A stretch of DNA of 64,000 bases from Acidobacteriota bacterium (GCA_963664705.1 OY761556.1:96001-160000), one strand, 5' to 3'; shown: positions 18,618 through 28,982, numbered from the stretch's first letter. Program-made: numbers and translations. Notes: a model not told the origin generated them from the letters alone.

Positions 18618-20453
18618 CTACCGGAAGAGTCTGGGCAAAGCCGTCGACATGAAAGGTACATAGGTGATCAGTAGAACTCCCGCAAGGAGAACCAGAAGAA
18701 TCGGAATGATCGACCTGCAGACTTCCGGCATCGGCTTGTTGAATCGGTAGGAAGACAGGAATAGATTCATGCCGACCGGCGGTGTCAGATATCCGAGTTC
18801 CAGGTTTGCCAGGAAGATGATTCCAAGGTGAATCGGATCGATGCCGAAGGCCGCTCCCAGCGGTACCATCAAGGGCACCACGACTACGATCGCGGAAAAG
18901 ATATCCATAAGGCATCCGACAATGAGCAGGACAAAGTTCAAGGCCAGCAGGAAGACCAGTGGTGAATGCACCGAACTTTGCACCCATGTAATCATGTGCT
19001 CCGGTACTTGCGCCTGAATCAGAAAACCGGTGAAGCCAAGTGCAACACCCAGGATCAGAAGGATGGCCCCGACCAGGAGGCCGCACTCCGTCATGACGCG
19101 GGGGATGTCTTTGATGATGCCCAGATCCCTGTAGATCATCGATTCAACGATAAACGCATAAAATGCGGTAATGGCCGAGGCTTCAACGGCGGTCGCAATC
19201 CCGCTGAAGAGGGCGGCACACGCAACAACCGGAAGCAGCAGTTCCCATTTGGCATCCCACAGGGCACTGCGTGCTTCCGCCCAGCTGAAATGCTTTCTTT
19301 CGCTCGCGGCCATTTTGGGACTCTGGAATATGCCCCAGATGCCGGCCGCAACAACCATCAGGGTTCCCGGGAGAATACCTCCGAGGAACATCTGGTTTAT
19401 CTCAACGCGGGCAATAATGGCGTACAGAATTACCGGAAGGCAGGGAGGGAAAAGCAGTCCGATGGAGCCGGATCCGGTGAGGAGCCCCAGTGCATTCCTT
19501 TCGGAGTAGCGGGCAGCCAGCAAAACCGGCATGAGCAAGCCTCCGAGTGCAAGAATGGTCACACCGGAGGCGCCGGTAAATGATGTAAAAAAGGCGCAGA
19601 CGAGCACCGTGGCGATGGCGGGTCCGCCGCGGAAATGACCGACCAGCGTTTGAAATACGCGCACCATGCGCCGGGCCGCGCCTCCTTCCGCCAGCAGGTA
19701 TCCCGCAAGAGTAAACATGGGAATAGCCGGCAGGGCCGCATTGGTTACCTGTTCGTAATGCCGGATCGGCATGATTTCAATAGGAATTTCGTTTCCCCAA
19801 AGGAGGATCAGCGCAATGCCGCCGAGTGTGACAAAGATGGGGGCACCCAGCAGAGTCGCGGCAAGCAGCAGGATTATTGCCGGAACAATCATCTTTGACG
19901 GATCTATCGGGGACCAGACGGCGGCGGCGATAACGGCAAATGCCACCACCAATGCAAGACCGCGCCGGGACCAGCGATCCGATGCGTGCCAGAGAAGGCG
20001 GAGGGCGATGGCTCCGAATCCCAGCGGAAGAATCGTCTCTGCCCACCAGATCGGCATTCCGTATGCGAGGATGTTACCGGCTTCTTTCTCCTGAAGCACA
20101 AAGCGCACGCTTGCAATAAATAAAACAGATGTGAAAGCCGCAGCCACGGCATTACTGAAAAGCTGGGCTACATTTTTTGCGCCCGGTTTTAAGAATGTCG
20201 TAACCGTCGAAAGGGAGAGGAGTCGACCTTCCCGTGCGGCAATAGCTCCTCCGATCATGCAGACAAAAAGTGTGAGGTGCGATTGAATGGCGCTCGAGCC
20301 GCGCAGGACAATGGTGGTCGATCTTAACGCCATCTCCAGCAAGGGTATGATCACCATCGCGGCAAGACAGGCAGTGAGCAGAGTGTTTTCGCCCGTCCGC
20401 GCGATCTTGATCAAAGAATTCGAGCTGTGTTCCTTCCCGGCCGGTTCGCTCAC
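18618..20453 (-). CDS. dctM: TRAP transporter fused small/large permease (DctQ-DctM)
   Basis: Many TM helices; AIPMFTLAG, GASG, PPCLPVILY, HLGIIF, GYLTPPVGMNLF. Confidence 0.93.
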   Translation of the reverse strand: MSEPAGKEHSSNSLIKIARTGENTLLTACLAAMVIIPLLEMALRSTTIVLRGSSAIQSHLTLFVCMIGGAIAAREGRLLSLSTVTTFLKPGAKNVAQLFSNAVAAAFTSVLFIASVRFVLQEKEAGNILAYGMPIWWAETILPLGFGAIALRLLWHASDRWSRRGLALVVAFAVIAAAVWSPIDPSKMIVPAIILLLAATLLGAPIFVTLGGIALILLWGNEIPIEIMPIRHYEQVTNAALPAIPMFTLAGYLLAEGGAARRMVRVFQTLVGHFRGGPAIATVLVCAFFTSFTGASGVTILALGGLLMPVLLAARYSERNALGLLTGSGSIGLLFPPCLPVILYAIIARVEINQMFLGGILPGTLMVVAAGIWGIFQSPKMAASERKHFSWAEARSALWDAKWELLLPVVACAALFSGIATAVEASAITAFYAFIVESMIYRDLGIIKDIPRVMTECGLLVGAILLILGVALGFTGFLIQAQVPEHMITWVQSSVHSPLVFLLALNFVLLIVGCLMDIFSAIVVVVPLMVPLGAAFGIDPIHLGIIFLANLELGYLTPPVGMNLFLSSYRFNKPMPEVCRSIIPILLVLLAGVLLITYVPFMSTALPRLFR

Positions 20454-21484
20454 TTTTTAGTTCCTTTCGCGCGATATTCCGCGGCCAGTCTCTGTACCTC
20501 ATCAAAGATATCGTTGGGGACAGCCTTCCCACGCAATTGCGGATAGATGATTTTCGTCAGCTTCAGCCACTCTTCCTCAATCTGGGGAGTGATCGGGTTG
20601 ACGACCAGTCCTCTCTTCTGCATTGCGGAAATGGAGTCCAGATCTTCCTTCCTGGCACTGGCTCTGATTTTGACTCCGGCTGTGGCGGCTGCGCTGCGTA
20701 ACTTGACCTGGATGTCCGGAGGGATCTTGTCCCAGACATCTTTGCGAACGATGGTTGCCCCCGAAAGAACCGACCATTTCAGATCGAGCATGTTCTTCGC
20801 ATAGGTATAGACTTGGCCCAAAAGCGCTTGGTTGGGCGGGAGTGGTACGGCATTGATTCGATCTATCTGGAGACCTGTGAGGATATCCGCGGTTTCGGTA
20901 GGCACCGGGTTGTATCCCAGTGCTTTCATCAGATCAATCTGGTCGGAATTGCCCGCCCATGTGAACATTTTGAATCGCTTGAAGTCGTCCGGGTGTGTCC
21001 CGGGGGCTTTGGAAAAGAAACGAACCCATCCGGCATCTCCCCAGAAAAGAACAACGAAACCCTTATCCAACAGCAGCTTTTCCAATTTTGGAGACAACTT
21101 CTCAACAACATAGTCGTATTCTTCCCAGGAACGAAAAGTCAGAGGCAGAAAGGAGAGGCCGCCGACGGACTTGTCGATCTCGCTCAGCCCCACCACGGTG
21201 AACAGGCCTGCAGCCAGGGAGCGGCTGCGCATCATTTTCACCATCCCTGCCTCGGAACCCTGTACGCCGTCCGGATAGATAACCAGCTTAACGGCGCCGC
21301 CGCTTGCATTGCGCCAGCTTTCTCCCATTTCAGCTAATGCGGTGTAAAAGGAGCTCCCCTTGGGCGCCAGCGTTCCGAGCTCAATTCTAACCGGGTCCAT
21401 CGCTGCCAGATCGGAGGGCATCCCGAAAACAACAAATGCTGTGATTGCGCCAATGAATGCAAGCACGGCCGCAGATCTTCTCAT
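20450..21484 (-). CDS. dctP: TRAP substrate-binding protein DctP (TatP(T)-type)
   Basis: GTLAPKGS, SGGAVKLVIYPDGVQGSE; signal peptide; operon context. Confidence 0.9.
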   Translation of the reverse strand: MRRSAAVLAFIGAITAFVVFGMPSDLAAMDPVRIELGTLAPKGSSFYTALAEMGESWRNASGGAVKLVIYPDGVQGSEAGMVKMMRSRSLAAGLFTVVGLSEIDKSVGGLSFLPLTFRSWEEYDYVVEKLSPKLEKLLLDKGFVVLFWGDAGWVRFFSKAPGTHPDDFKRFKMFTWAGNSDQIDLMKALGYNPVPTETADILTGLQIDRINAVPLPPNQALLGQVYTYAKNMLDLKWSVLSGATIVRKDVWDKIPPDIQVKLRSAAATAGVKIRASARKEDLDSISAMQKRGLVVNPITPQIEEEWLKLTKIIYPQLRGKAVPNDIFDEVQRLAAEYRAKGTKK

Positions 21485-22434
21485 TTCTCATCTCCTTGCG
21501 TCGGTTGAGTCAAAAACAGTTCATCGATGCGCGACAGGAGCCAACGGGCGCGGCGCTGCATCACAAGATTGGCCAGCCGATATTCCGGCCGGACATTTAC
21601 ATCGACCGCAATAGCGCGGTCCAGCAAAGACTGAAATTCCTTACGGTCCTGCCTGGTTATGGAAACGGATTCGGCAAGCGATACCAGCGGTCCCGCTTGA
21701 TGCCCTCCGGAGAGCTCCATAGCCCTGTCAAAATGTTTGCGGGCGCGTTCCAGGGGGTCTCCCTCTCCGCCTTGCCGCACCGGTTCATAGCTGATCAGAA
21801 AAGAGTGGATGGCTCCCTGATCGAAGGCTTCGTTCAGCGCCAGGGCGCGGTCTACCAGCGCTTCAACCACCGGCTGATCCGCTATAAGGTCCGGTTCGTT
21901 TTTGGAAAGAGTGATCGCGAGCCCCCAGGAGGCCGCGGTCCAGTAAAGCAAAGGGACATCCGCAGCCTTTGTCGATTGCACAGTCTTGCGCGGATCTTTG
22001 ATGACCGCGGCTCCAAAGCCCGGATGTGCTGTCTCCAGCCCGCGCACTCCATAATCCCTGGCTCGCAAAAAGAGGTTTCGGGCGCGTACGCGCATTTCCG
22101 TGGCCAGCGCCAGATTCTGAGGCTCCATCTCGTCGGCTTCTTCCCTGACGAAGGCATAGGCGTACTGTGTGAAATCGCTGCAGGCTGCCAACAGCAGCGC
22201 ACGATGTTTGGGGCTCTCCGCCAGCAGGCTCTCGATGAGCTTCAGGCTGAAGGGAAGGGCATCCTTAACCAGTTCCGGATCGGGGTCGGATGCAAACGTG
22301 GTCCCGCTTTCCGCCAGTGCATCGCCGAGTTTTTTGACGGCAATTTTTCGAACAGAACAGCCGCACAGCAGAGCTGTAATAAGCACAAGAAGGAAAATGC
22401 GATGCCATGTCCCGCGTCTTTGTTTTTTATCCAT
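21481..22434 (-). CDS. tatT: TRAP transporter TatT component lipoprotein
   Basis: Lipobox LLCGC; DPELVKDALPFSLKLIESLL, YAYAF, LYWTAASW; helical TPR-like; 4-bp overlap with dctP. Confidence 0.85.
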   Translation of the reverse strand: MDKKQRRGTWHRIFLLVLITALLCGCSVRKIAVKKLGDALAESGTTFASDPDPELVKDALPFSLKLIESLLAESPKHRALLLAACSDFTQYAYAFVREEADEMEPQNLALATEMRVRARNLFLRARDYGVRGLETAHPGFGAAVIKDPRKTVQSTKAADVPLLYWTAASWGLAITLSKNEPDLIADQPVVEALVDRALALNEAFDQGAIHSFLISYEPVRQGGEGDPLERARKHFDRAMELSGGHQAGPLVSLAESVSITRQDRKEFQSLLDRAIAVDVNVRPEYRLANLVMQRRARWLLSRIDELFLTQPTQGDEK

Positions 22435-22546
22435 AGAGATATCCAGTCACCCAGTCTTCACTGCAAAATAAACAGTCATCCTATCAGAAATCGGCAACGA
22501 GGCATCGGCAAAAAATTCCATTCAAGGACCGGTGAATAAGTGTTGA

Positions 22547-22581
22547 TTGACAAAATATCAGCGGCGATTATGTGATATTTT
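22547..22581. promoter_or_regulatory. TTGACA -35 box overlapping a 9-12-9 inverted repeat (candidate operator)
   Basis: TTGACA at 22547; AAAATATCA-N12-TGATATTTT in the divergent intergenic region. Confidence 0.4.
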
Positions 22582-22605
22582 CTGTGTGACGAATGGAGCC
22601 GGGAT

Positions 22606-23586
22606 ATGGATTTATCTCGAACCTCAAGGGATCAAAGACTTGCTGGTGTGTTCACGGTTTGTGCCGCCATACTGTGGCTTTTTCTCCTGCCATTGCAGTC
22701 AGAACAGAGCAACCATAAGCGGCTGATTTTAAAAGATGGATCCTATGAGCTGATCAGCAGCTATGAAGTCCGGGGCGACCGGGTGCGCTATTACAGCACT
22801 GAGCGCAATGCCTGGGAAGAGATGCCCGCCTCTCTGGTCGATTGGAAGGCAACGGAGCAATGGTCCGGGCAGGCATCCCGCGAAGCATCGGAACGCACGC
22901 GCGAAGCGTTGGGTCGGGCAGCGGACGAGCGCAAGGATGACGAAGCCCATACGCCCCTGGTCGCGCCCGGCGTTAGATTGCTGTCCGGGGACAGCGTGTA
23001 CCTGCTGGATATTTTTCAGAATGCGCCGGAGTTGAATCCGCTGGTTCAGAATGGGGCAGACCTGAACAAAAACACCGGGAAAAATATTTTGCGGGGTGTT
23101 ATCAATCCGGTAGCCGGACCGCGTCAGACAATTGAGCTGAAGGGTTTGCATGCGAGCGTCAAATCGCATGTTACAACTCCGTCGCTCTATTTTCCCATCG
23201 ACCCCGATGATTCGTCGGCGGGATATACCAGTGCTACTGCTAAAGATCATCTTAAGATAGTGCGCTGCCTGGAAAAGAATGGAAGCCGGATCGTCAGTTC
23301 CATTGACATTGCAATATACGGAAAGGTGAAACAGAAGACGGACTTCCTGGAAGTCAAAGTCGAGCCTGTATCCGATTTTTGGGTGAAGATAGTTCCGATC
23401 GCGCCGCTTTCGATCGGCGAGTACGCGTTGGTGGAATTTGACGAGAAGGGAAGAATGAATCAGTTTGTATGGGATTTTGGCGTGAATCCGGCTGCTCCGA
23501 TTAATCCGGCGGCAGAACGGTCCAGTCCCGACAGAAATGAACCGGTTTTAGTTCAAAAGCCGAAAAAAAGCTCGCCGTCAAAATAG
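22606..23586 (+). CDS. Exported hypothetical protein
   Basis: Hydrophobic N-terminus; RLILKDGSY...GDRVRYYS, GEYALVE...WDFGV. Confidence 0.8.
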   Translation: MDLSRTSRDQRLAGVFTVCAAILWLFLLPLQSEQSNHKRLILKDGSYELISSYEVRGDRVRYYSTERNAWEEMPASLVDWKATEQWSGQASREASERTREALGRAADERKDDEAHTPLVAPGVRLLSGDSVYLLDIFQNAPELNPLVQNGADLNKNTGKNILRGVINPVAGPRQTIELKGLHASVKSHVTTPSLYFPIDPDDSSAGYTSATAKDHLKIVRCLEKNGSRIVSSIDIAIYGKVKQKTDFLEVKVEPVSDFWVKIVPIAPLSIGEYALVEFDEKGRMNQFVWDFGVNPAAPINPAAERSSPDRNEPVLVQKPKKSSPSK

Positions 23587-23630
23587 ATGCCGGCCGAGGC
23601 ATGGCCATTGGCAGAAGGGTATAACTCCCG

Positions 23631-24032
23631 ATGATTATCCGTCCTGAGGAAGTGCATTTTGAGTTTGTGCGGGCGTCCGGTCCGGGAGGGCAGAACGTCA
23701 ACAAAGTGGCAACGGCTGTGCAGCTTCGGTTTGACGCGCGCAACTCGCAGTCTATCACACCCGAAATACGGGAGCGGCTGCTTCGGCTGGCAGGCAAGCG
23801 TGTGACGCTGTCCGGCGAAATCATTATCGAGGCCAGGAGGTTTCGGACTCAACTGCGCAATCGCGAGGATGCGATGCAACGGCTGCTTCATTTGATAGAG
23901 CTGGCTTCCACGGAACCCAAAGTCAGGCGCAAATCGAAGCCGACGTTGTCTTCGAATTTGAAACGATTGCAGGAGAAGAAACGCAGGTCCGGCGTGAAAC
24001 AGTTCCGATCTCGCAGCAGCATGGATGATTAG
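23631..24032 (+). CDS. arfB: Alternative ribosome-rescue factor B (peptidyl-tRNA hydrolase)
   Basis: RASGPGGQNVNKVATAVQLRF, RTQLRNR, basic C-terminal tail. Confidence 0.93.
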   Translation: MIIRPEEVHFEFVRASGPGGQNVNKVATAVQLRFDARNSQSITPEIRERLLRLAGKRVTLSGEIIIEARRFRTQLRNREDAMQRLLHLIELASTEPKVRRKSKPTLSSNLKRLQEKKRRSGVKQFRSRSSMDD

Positions 24033-24090
24033 CGGAATCCCGGAATCCCCGGGCATACCCGTCGGTTAAGCAGTTGAGCTGGTATGGAAG

Positions 24091-24432
24091 TTACAAATAG
24101 CGGGCGAAGCGATTCTTTTTGTCGACAAGGACGATGGTCGGTTTGAGAGGCTCCGAAACCATCTCGAATCCCATGATGATGATTTCCTCCCCGCTCTTGA
24201 TCCGAAGAGCGGCTGCCCCGTTCATGCAGATTTCGCCCGATCCACGCTTCCCGACAATGACATACGTCTCGAGTCGTTGACCGGTGGTATTGCTGACCAC
24301 CAGGACCTTTTCTCCCGGCCAGAGGCCTACCCGCTCGATCAGATCCTCGTCTATCGTGATGCTGCCGACGTACGCCACATTCGCTTCAGTGACTGTGGCA
24401 TTATGAATTTTTGATCGCAAAAGCCAACGCAT
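24091..24432 (-). CDS. panD: Aspartate 1-decarboxylase
   Basis: KIHNATVT, YVGSITID (G-S cleavage site), RLETY, NGAAA. Confidence 0.95.
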   Translation of the reverse strand: MRWLLRSKIHNATVTEANVAYVGSITIDEDLIERVGLWPGEKVLVVSNTTGQRLETYVIVGKRGSGEICMNGAAALRIKSGEEIIIMGFEMVSEPLKPTIVLVDKKNRFARYL

Positions 24433-24563
24433 ACAAATTATCCCGCGAAATGATGCCCGAAATATGGCCTGTAGTCCACAGTTAATGCGATTTTCTGCGT
24501 CACGGTGATTCTGAAAAGCCCGGAAAAGCTAAAAGGTGATACACTCAGGGGGGAGAATGCCAC

Positions 24564-25355
24564 ATGGATGCCAAAGCTTCAGGGAAGGATATTATTGTTG
24601 CGGTCGTCGATAATATGCAGGAATCCTGTGAACCCCTGCTTTACAACACACTTGTGCCAAGCCACTATGATGTCTATCTGCACAGGGAAGACCACAGCCG
24701 CCTGTCGTCCATACTGATCAGGATACGGGAAGAGGCCGTTCAGGCTCTTGATGCAAAACTGGCTGATCTGAACAAAAAAGGCTTTTCCCTGCCCGGCATG
24801 CGGACATCCAAAGCCAAGTACGAAGCTGCCGAAAAGGAATGGTCCATTAAGTTTCACATTGACGAAAACGATGAGCTCTCTCCCGGAGATATTCTGGTGG
24901 ATTCCAGGCTGGCTTTGCCAGCTCCCGTGGAATTTGGCGTGGGGACAAAGACGCAGCGCTCGGAAACGATTCGATCCGGGGGGGAGACAAAGAGGCTTCG
25001 GAAGAGATCGGAAGAGGGGCAGCCCGACGGAGGCCCGGCAATCGCAAAGCTGTCGTACCAGGATAAAAACGGACAGGGTTGCGAGTTCCTGGTCACTGCA
25101 ACTGAAATTTCGGTTGGGCGAGGCGGTCGCAACGAATTCTGCGATCTGGAATTGGATGTGCCGGCGGATATTTCCCGACGGCATTTCTACCTGAGACAGG
25201 ATCCGCAGACGCGCGAGTTTTTTATTCAGGACGTAAGCAAGTTTGGGACGGCCGTGGACGGGAAGAAGATTGCTCCGAAAGAATGGGTTCCCCTTTCCGC
25301 AAAAGCTGCCATCGTTCTTGCGGACAGAATGACATTGGAATTTCAACAGCTATGA
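24564..25355 (+). CDS. FHA domain protein with FhaA-like N-terminus
   Basis: VGRG...ISRRH...IQDVSKFGTAVDG; N-terminal LVPSHYDVYLHRED. Confidence 0.85.
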   Translation: MDAKASGKDIIVAVVDNMQESCEPLLYNTLVPSHYDVYLHREDHSRLSSILIRIREEAVQALDAKLADLNKKGFSLPGMRTSKAKYEAAEKEWSIKFHIDENDELSPGDILVDSRLALPAPVEFGVGTKTQRSETIRSGGETKRLRKRSEEGQPDGGPAIAKLSYQDKNGQGCEFLVTATEISVGRGGRNEFCDLELDVPADISRRHFYLRQDPQTREFFIQDVSKFGTAVDGKKIAPKEWVPLSAKAAIVLADRMTLEFQQL

Positions 25356-25457
25356 TATCCCTGTATTGGGCACGTTACGGATTTCTGCTCCTGATGGCTC
25401 TGGCCATTTTATCGATCGTCTGCGTTCATCTGAAGACAATCCGTTCGAGATAACTTC

Positions 25458-27068
25458 GTGCAGAAGACAAAAGCGTCTCCCAACTGGAAAGCCTGGGGTC
25501 AGACCGATCAAGGGCGAAAACGCCACAACAATGAGGATAGAATTCTCTGCGATCCCGACCGCGGCATTTTTGTCGTGGCGGATGGCATGGGTGGCGAAGC
25601 TGCAGGCGAAGTGGCCGCCCAGCAAGCCGTTGATTTTATAGGGACTCGGTTATCCTCGGAAACCGGAACCGTGGCGCGGCGGCTGAGAGAAGCCATCGCG
25701 GGGGCCAACAACGAAATCTACCGCCTTGCCTCGCAGAATTCTGAGTGGCATGGAATGGCGTGCGTCCTCACTGCGGCAGTTATTGAAAATGGGATTCTGC
25801 ATGTTGGACATGTGGGCGATTCGCGCCTTTATCGAATTCAGAACAATGCCATTCGAAAGCTCACTCCGGATCATTCCCCCGTGGGACAAAAAGAGGATTC
25901 CGGGGAGTTGACGGAACTGGAAGCGATGCGGCATCCAAGACGCAACGAGGTCTTTCGCGATGTCGGGTCTCAACCACACAAGCCCGAGGATCCGGATTTT
26001 GTCGAGTATCTTCAGTTTCCTTTCGAGCGTGACGCGGCATTTGTCTTTTGCTCCGACGGTTTGAGCGACATGCTGAGTTCCAGGGAGATCCTGGGGGCCG
26101 TGCTTGAAAATGCCGGGAGGCCGCAAGCTGCCGTCCGCAGCCTGATTGACAAGGCCAATGCGGCTGGGGGGAAGGACAATATTTCGGTCATTGTTGTCGA
26201 ATCTGCAGATTTCACCACCTCAACTGCAAAGAATACGGCTGTTATGGGAAAAAGTGGGCGGTCTGCCTCCTGGTTCCGGGAGCCTTGGGCATTCCTTGTT
26301 TACGGAATTATCCTCAGCCTTCTCGCCATTTCTATTTTCAAGAGTCCAGCCAAACCGCAGGTCGAGACGCCTCCAATTCCGTCGATACGAGCGTCTGTCG
26401 TGTTGCATGTCGCTCCTTCAGGCGAACACTCCACAATTGCAGGCGCGCTGGAAGCCGCGAACGACGGCGATCGCATCGAAGTGGCGGATGGAGAATACCA
26501 GGAAATATTGAAGCTTAAGGATGGCGTGGATATTTTTGCGAAAACACCCGGCAAGGCTGTGATCCATTTGACACAGGCGCTCCCCAATGCAAATGCCGCG
26601 GTTACGGCCGAGGGTGTCAAGCGGGCCGGCATCATGGGTCTTGCCATCAAAGCAGAGCCCTCTGCCGCGCTGCCTGTCGGGATCCGCCTTGTTAACTCCA
26701 ATGTCAGTATTGTGGGAGTGGAAGTGTCGGGGGCGGTGCGCACCGGGATCCAGGTAGAGGGAGATTCCGGGAGCTTTCTTGCCGGCTGTTACGTACATGG
26801 TAATGCGGGACCTGGGATCGTGACATCCGGGACTTCAATTCCAATCATGACTGGAAACCTGATTTATGCCAACGGCCTGGTGAGAACACAAGCAGCTCCG
26901 GGCTTGTATGTTACCGGCAATTCGGTTCCGGAAGTGAGGCGGAATACCTTTTCAGGGAATGGAGCCGAAGCTATCCGTTTGCAGAAGCAGGAACTCAAGG
27001 AAAAGATGATGGACAACCTCTTTATCAATTCCAGGAAGACAGTACTTATCGAACATATCCGGCAATAA
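25458..27068 (+). CDS. PP2C/PPM Ser/Thr phosphatase + TM + right-handed beta-helix domain
   Basis: GRKRHNNED, VADGMGG, HVGDSRLY, CSDGL, GGKDN; TM helix; TIAGAL..ANDGDRIEVADGEY and repetitive beta-helix C-terminus. Confidence 0.92.
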   Translation: MQKTKASPNWKAWGQTDQGRKRHNNEDRILCDPDRGIFVVADGMGGEAAGEVAAQQAVDFIGTRLSSETGTVARRLREAIAGANNEIYRLASQNSEWHGMACVLTAAVIENGILHVGHVGDSRLYRIQNNAIRKLTPDHSPVGQKEDSGELTELEAMRHPRRNEVFRDVGSQPHKPEDPDFVEYLQFPFERDAAFVFCSDGLSDMLSSREILGAVLENAGRPQAAVRSLIDKANAAGGKDNISVIVVESADFTTSTAKNTAVMGKSGRSASWFREPWAFLVYGIILSLLAISIFKSPAKPQVETPPIPSIRASVVLHVAPSGEHSTIAGALEAANDGDRIEVADGEYQEILKLKDGVDIFAKTPGKAVIHLTQALPNANAAVTAEGVKRAGIMGLAIKAEPSAALPVGIRLVNSNVSIVGVEVSGAVRTGIQVEGDSGSFLAGCYVHGNAGPGIVTSGTSIPIMTGNLIYANGLVRTQAAPGLYVTGNSVPEVRRNTFSGNGAEAIRLQKQELKEKMMDNLFINSRKTVLIEHIRQ

Positions 27069-27101
27069 GCGAAACGGGTACAGAAGGAAATTGCAGGTGC
27101 A

Positions 27102-28982
27102 ATGAAAAGTCTTTTTGAGTCGATTGGAGACTACCAGATTGTTGAAAAGCTTGGCCGAGGCGGGATGGCGGATGTCTATCTTGCCATGAATCGAAAGAGC
27201 GGTCGACGGGTAGCTCTGAAACTGGTGGAACATGGCGCAGGCCCGGAAGCGCAGGAAGTTGTTGAGGCGGAGCGGCTCGGGGCTGAATTGCAGCAGCATA
27301 TAAGCCAGGCTGAACCCCGGGTCCCGGCGATTTATGCTTCGGGGGAGATTGACGGTTATTTCTTCATCGAAATGGAGTTTGTGGAAGGGAATGATCTCTC
27401 CTCTCTCATCGGGGCCGGAGACCTAAATTCGGGGGAGGCGGCCGCTTGGGCAAGGCAGTTGTGCGGCATTTTACGAGTGGCGCACGGGATGACGCTGCAG
27501 GTAGGGGGCCGCGAACTCCGGGCTATCGTGCACGGCGATATCAAGCCGAAAAATATCCGGATCGACACGCAAGGGGCCGTGCGAGTGCTGGATTTCGGGA
27601 TTGCCAAGGGGTTGTCGATCACGCGAAGGCTGACCAGCAATGTTTTTGGAAGCGTGGCCTATTCCTCTCCGGAGCGGCTCGATTCCGGAAGCATTGACGA
27701 AATGTCGGATCTCTGGGCAGTGGGCATTGTGCTCTATGAAATGGTGGAAGGGCGGCTTCCCTTTGAGGCTGCCACCAACGAAAGACTGGAGACCATCATC
27801 CGGTCGAGAAATTCGGTTCGACCCTTGAGAGATTCCTGCCCGATTGCCCTGCAGCAGATCATCTATAAGGCATTGGCCAGTTCGTCCGCAAGCCGTTACC
27901 AGAGCGCCACTGAGTTTGAGAGCGACCTGGAATTGTTTCTCGCGGGGAAGGAAACCCTGGCCGCGCAGGAGAATGAACAGACTCGGAGGACCGTACCTGT
28001 TGAGGATATCGAGACCAGGCGGTCCGTGCCGGAGGTAGAACACCACCCGGCCATGCAGCCGGCCCTGGTAACCGCAGCCAAAGCTGAAACGGGCCTGGAT
28101 CGCTTTTATAGGGAACTTCTGGAATATCTTTTCCGTTGGAGAAAGTGGATATTAACGGGAGGGATTGTTGTCTTTGCATGCCTGGGTACCTGGGAAGGCG
28201 TGGTTGCCCATACGGCTTCGCAATTGAAGCCCGATATCGTGTCCGGCCGATTGGATGTCGATAGTGCCTGGTCCAAATATATGAATGTGCGGGAACGCAG
28301 TATCCTTGGGTTGGCGACTCTATCGCTGCGCGCTCCGCTCCGTGATCTGCTGCTTCAAAACGGCGAGCGCGTCATTAATGACTATAGGAACAGCGACAAT
28401 CCAAAGGTCCAGGTGCGGGAAGGGGACTGGCTGCGATGCAAGCGGTACCTTCAGCGGGCGGTTCAGTTGGATTCAGGAGATCGCAAATCGACCGCTATGC
28501 TTGAATATGCAAACGGACAGATTGCCAGAATCAACCACAGGAATTCTGACGCATTGAATGCATTTCAGCATGCGGCCGAACTGCAGCCGAAATGGGCCGA
28601 TCCCTACCTGGGGCTGGCACGCACGTACATCTACAATCTTGGAGATTCGGATCGTGGGACCCAGGCTCTTGAGCGGGCTCAGGGCTTGGGCCACACTTTC
28701 GGAAAAAGGGAAATTGCCATGCTGGCAGAATCCCATCGAAAGCGGGGACTTCAGGGTGTGGAGAACGCCAAGCTTGTCGAAGGAACGGATCAGGAGAAGG
28801 AGCTTTTGAAGAAGGCGAAAAGCGACCTGGATGAGGCACTGAAGAACTACCTGCAGATCGCTCCGTGGGGTGATAGCACGGAGCAAATTCCGGAAGTCCA
28901 GGATTCCCTGGGGCGAGTCCAGATACGGCTGGATGAGTTGGAAAAACCGAATCCGATCCTTCCCTGGAACTGGTTTAAATAG
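27102..28982 (+). CDS. Hanks-type Ser/Thr protein kinase + TM + TPR
   Basis: LGRGGMADV, VALK, HGDIKPKN, DFGIAK, YSSPE, SDLWAVG; TM helix; TPR-like C-terminus. Confidence 0.93.
   Translation: MKSLFESIGDYQIVEKLGRGGMADVYLAMNRKSGRRVALKLVEHGAGPEAQEVVEAERLGAELQQHISQAEPRVPAIYASGEIDGYFFIEMEFVEGNDLSSLIGAGDLNSGEAAAWARQLCGILRVAHGMTLQVGGRELRAIVHGDIKPKNIRIDTQGAVRVLDFGIAKGLSITRRLTSNVFGSVAYSSPERLDSGSIDEMSDLWAVGIVLYEMVEGRLPFEAATNERLETIIRSRNSVRPLRDSCPIALQQIIYKALASSSASRYQSATEFESDLELFLAGKETLAAQENEQTRRTVPVEDIETRRSVPEVEHHPAMQPALVTAAKAETGLDRFYRELLEYLFRWRKWILTGGIVVFACLGTWEGVVAHTASQLKPDIVSGRLDVDSAWSKYMNVRERSILGLATLSLRAPLRDLLLQNGERVINDYRNSDNPKVQVREGDWLRCKRYLQRAVQLDSGDRKSTAMLEYANGQIARINHRNSDALNAFQHAAELQPKWADPYLGLARTYIYNLGDSDRGTQALERAQGLGHTFGKREIAMLAESHRKRGLQGVENAKLVEGTDQEKELLKKAKSDLDEALKNYLQIAPWGDSTEQIPEVQDSLGRVQIRLDELEKPNPILPWNWFK

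Noticed and set aside
21457-22539. 360-aa plus-strand ORF
   Set aside because: Antisense to tatT, which has a lipobox and operon overlap.
23588-23640. Frameshifted arfB N-terminus
   Set aside because: The ORF from 23631 already contains the whole GGQ domain; evidence for a shift is too weak.
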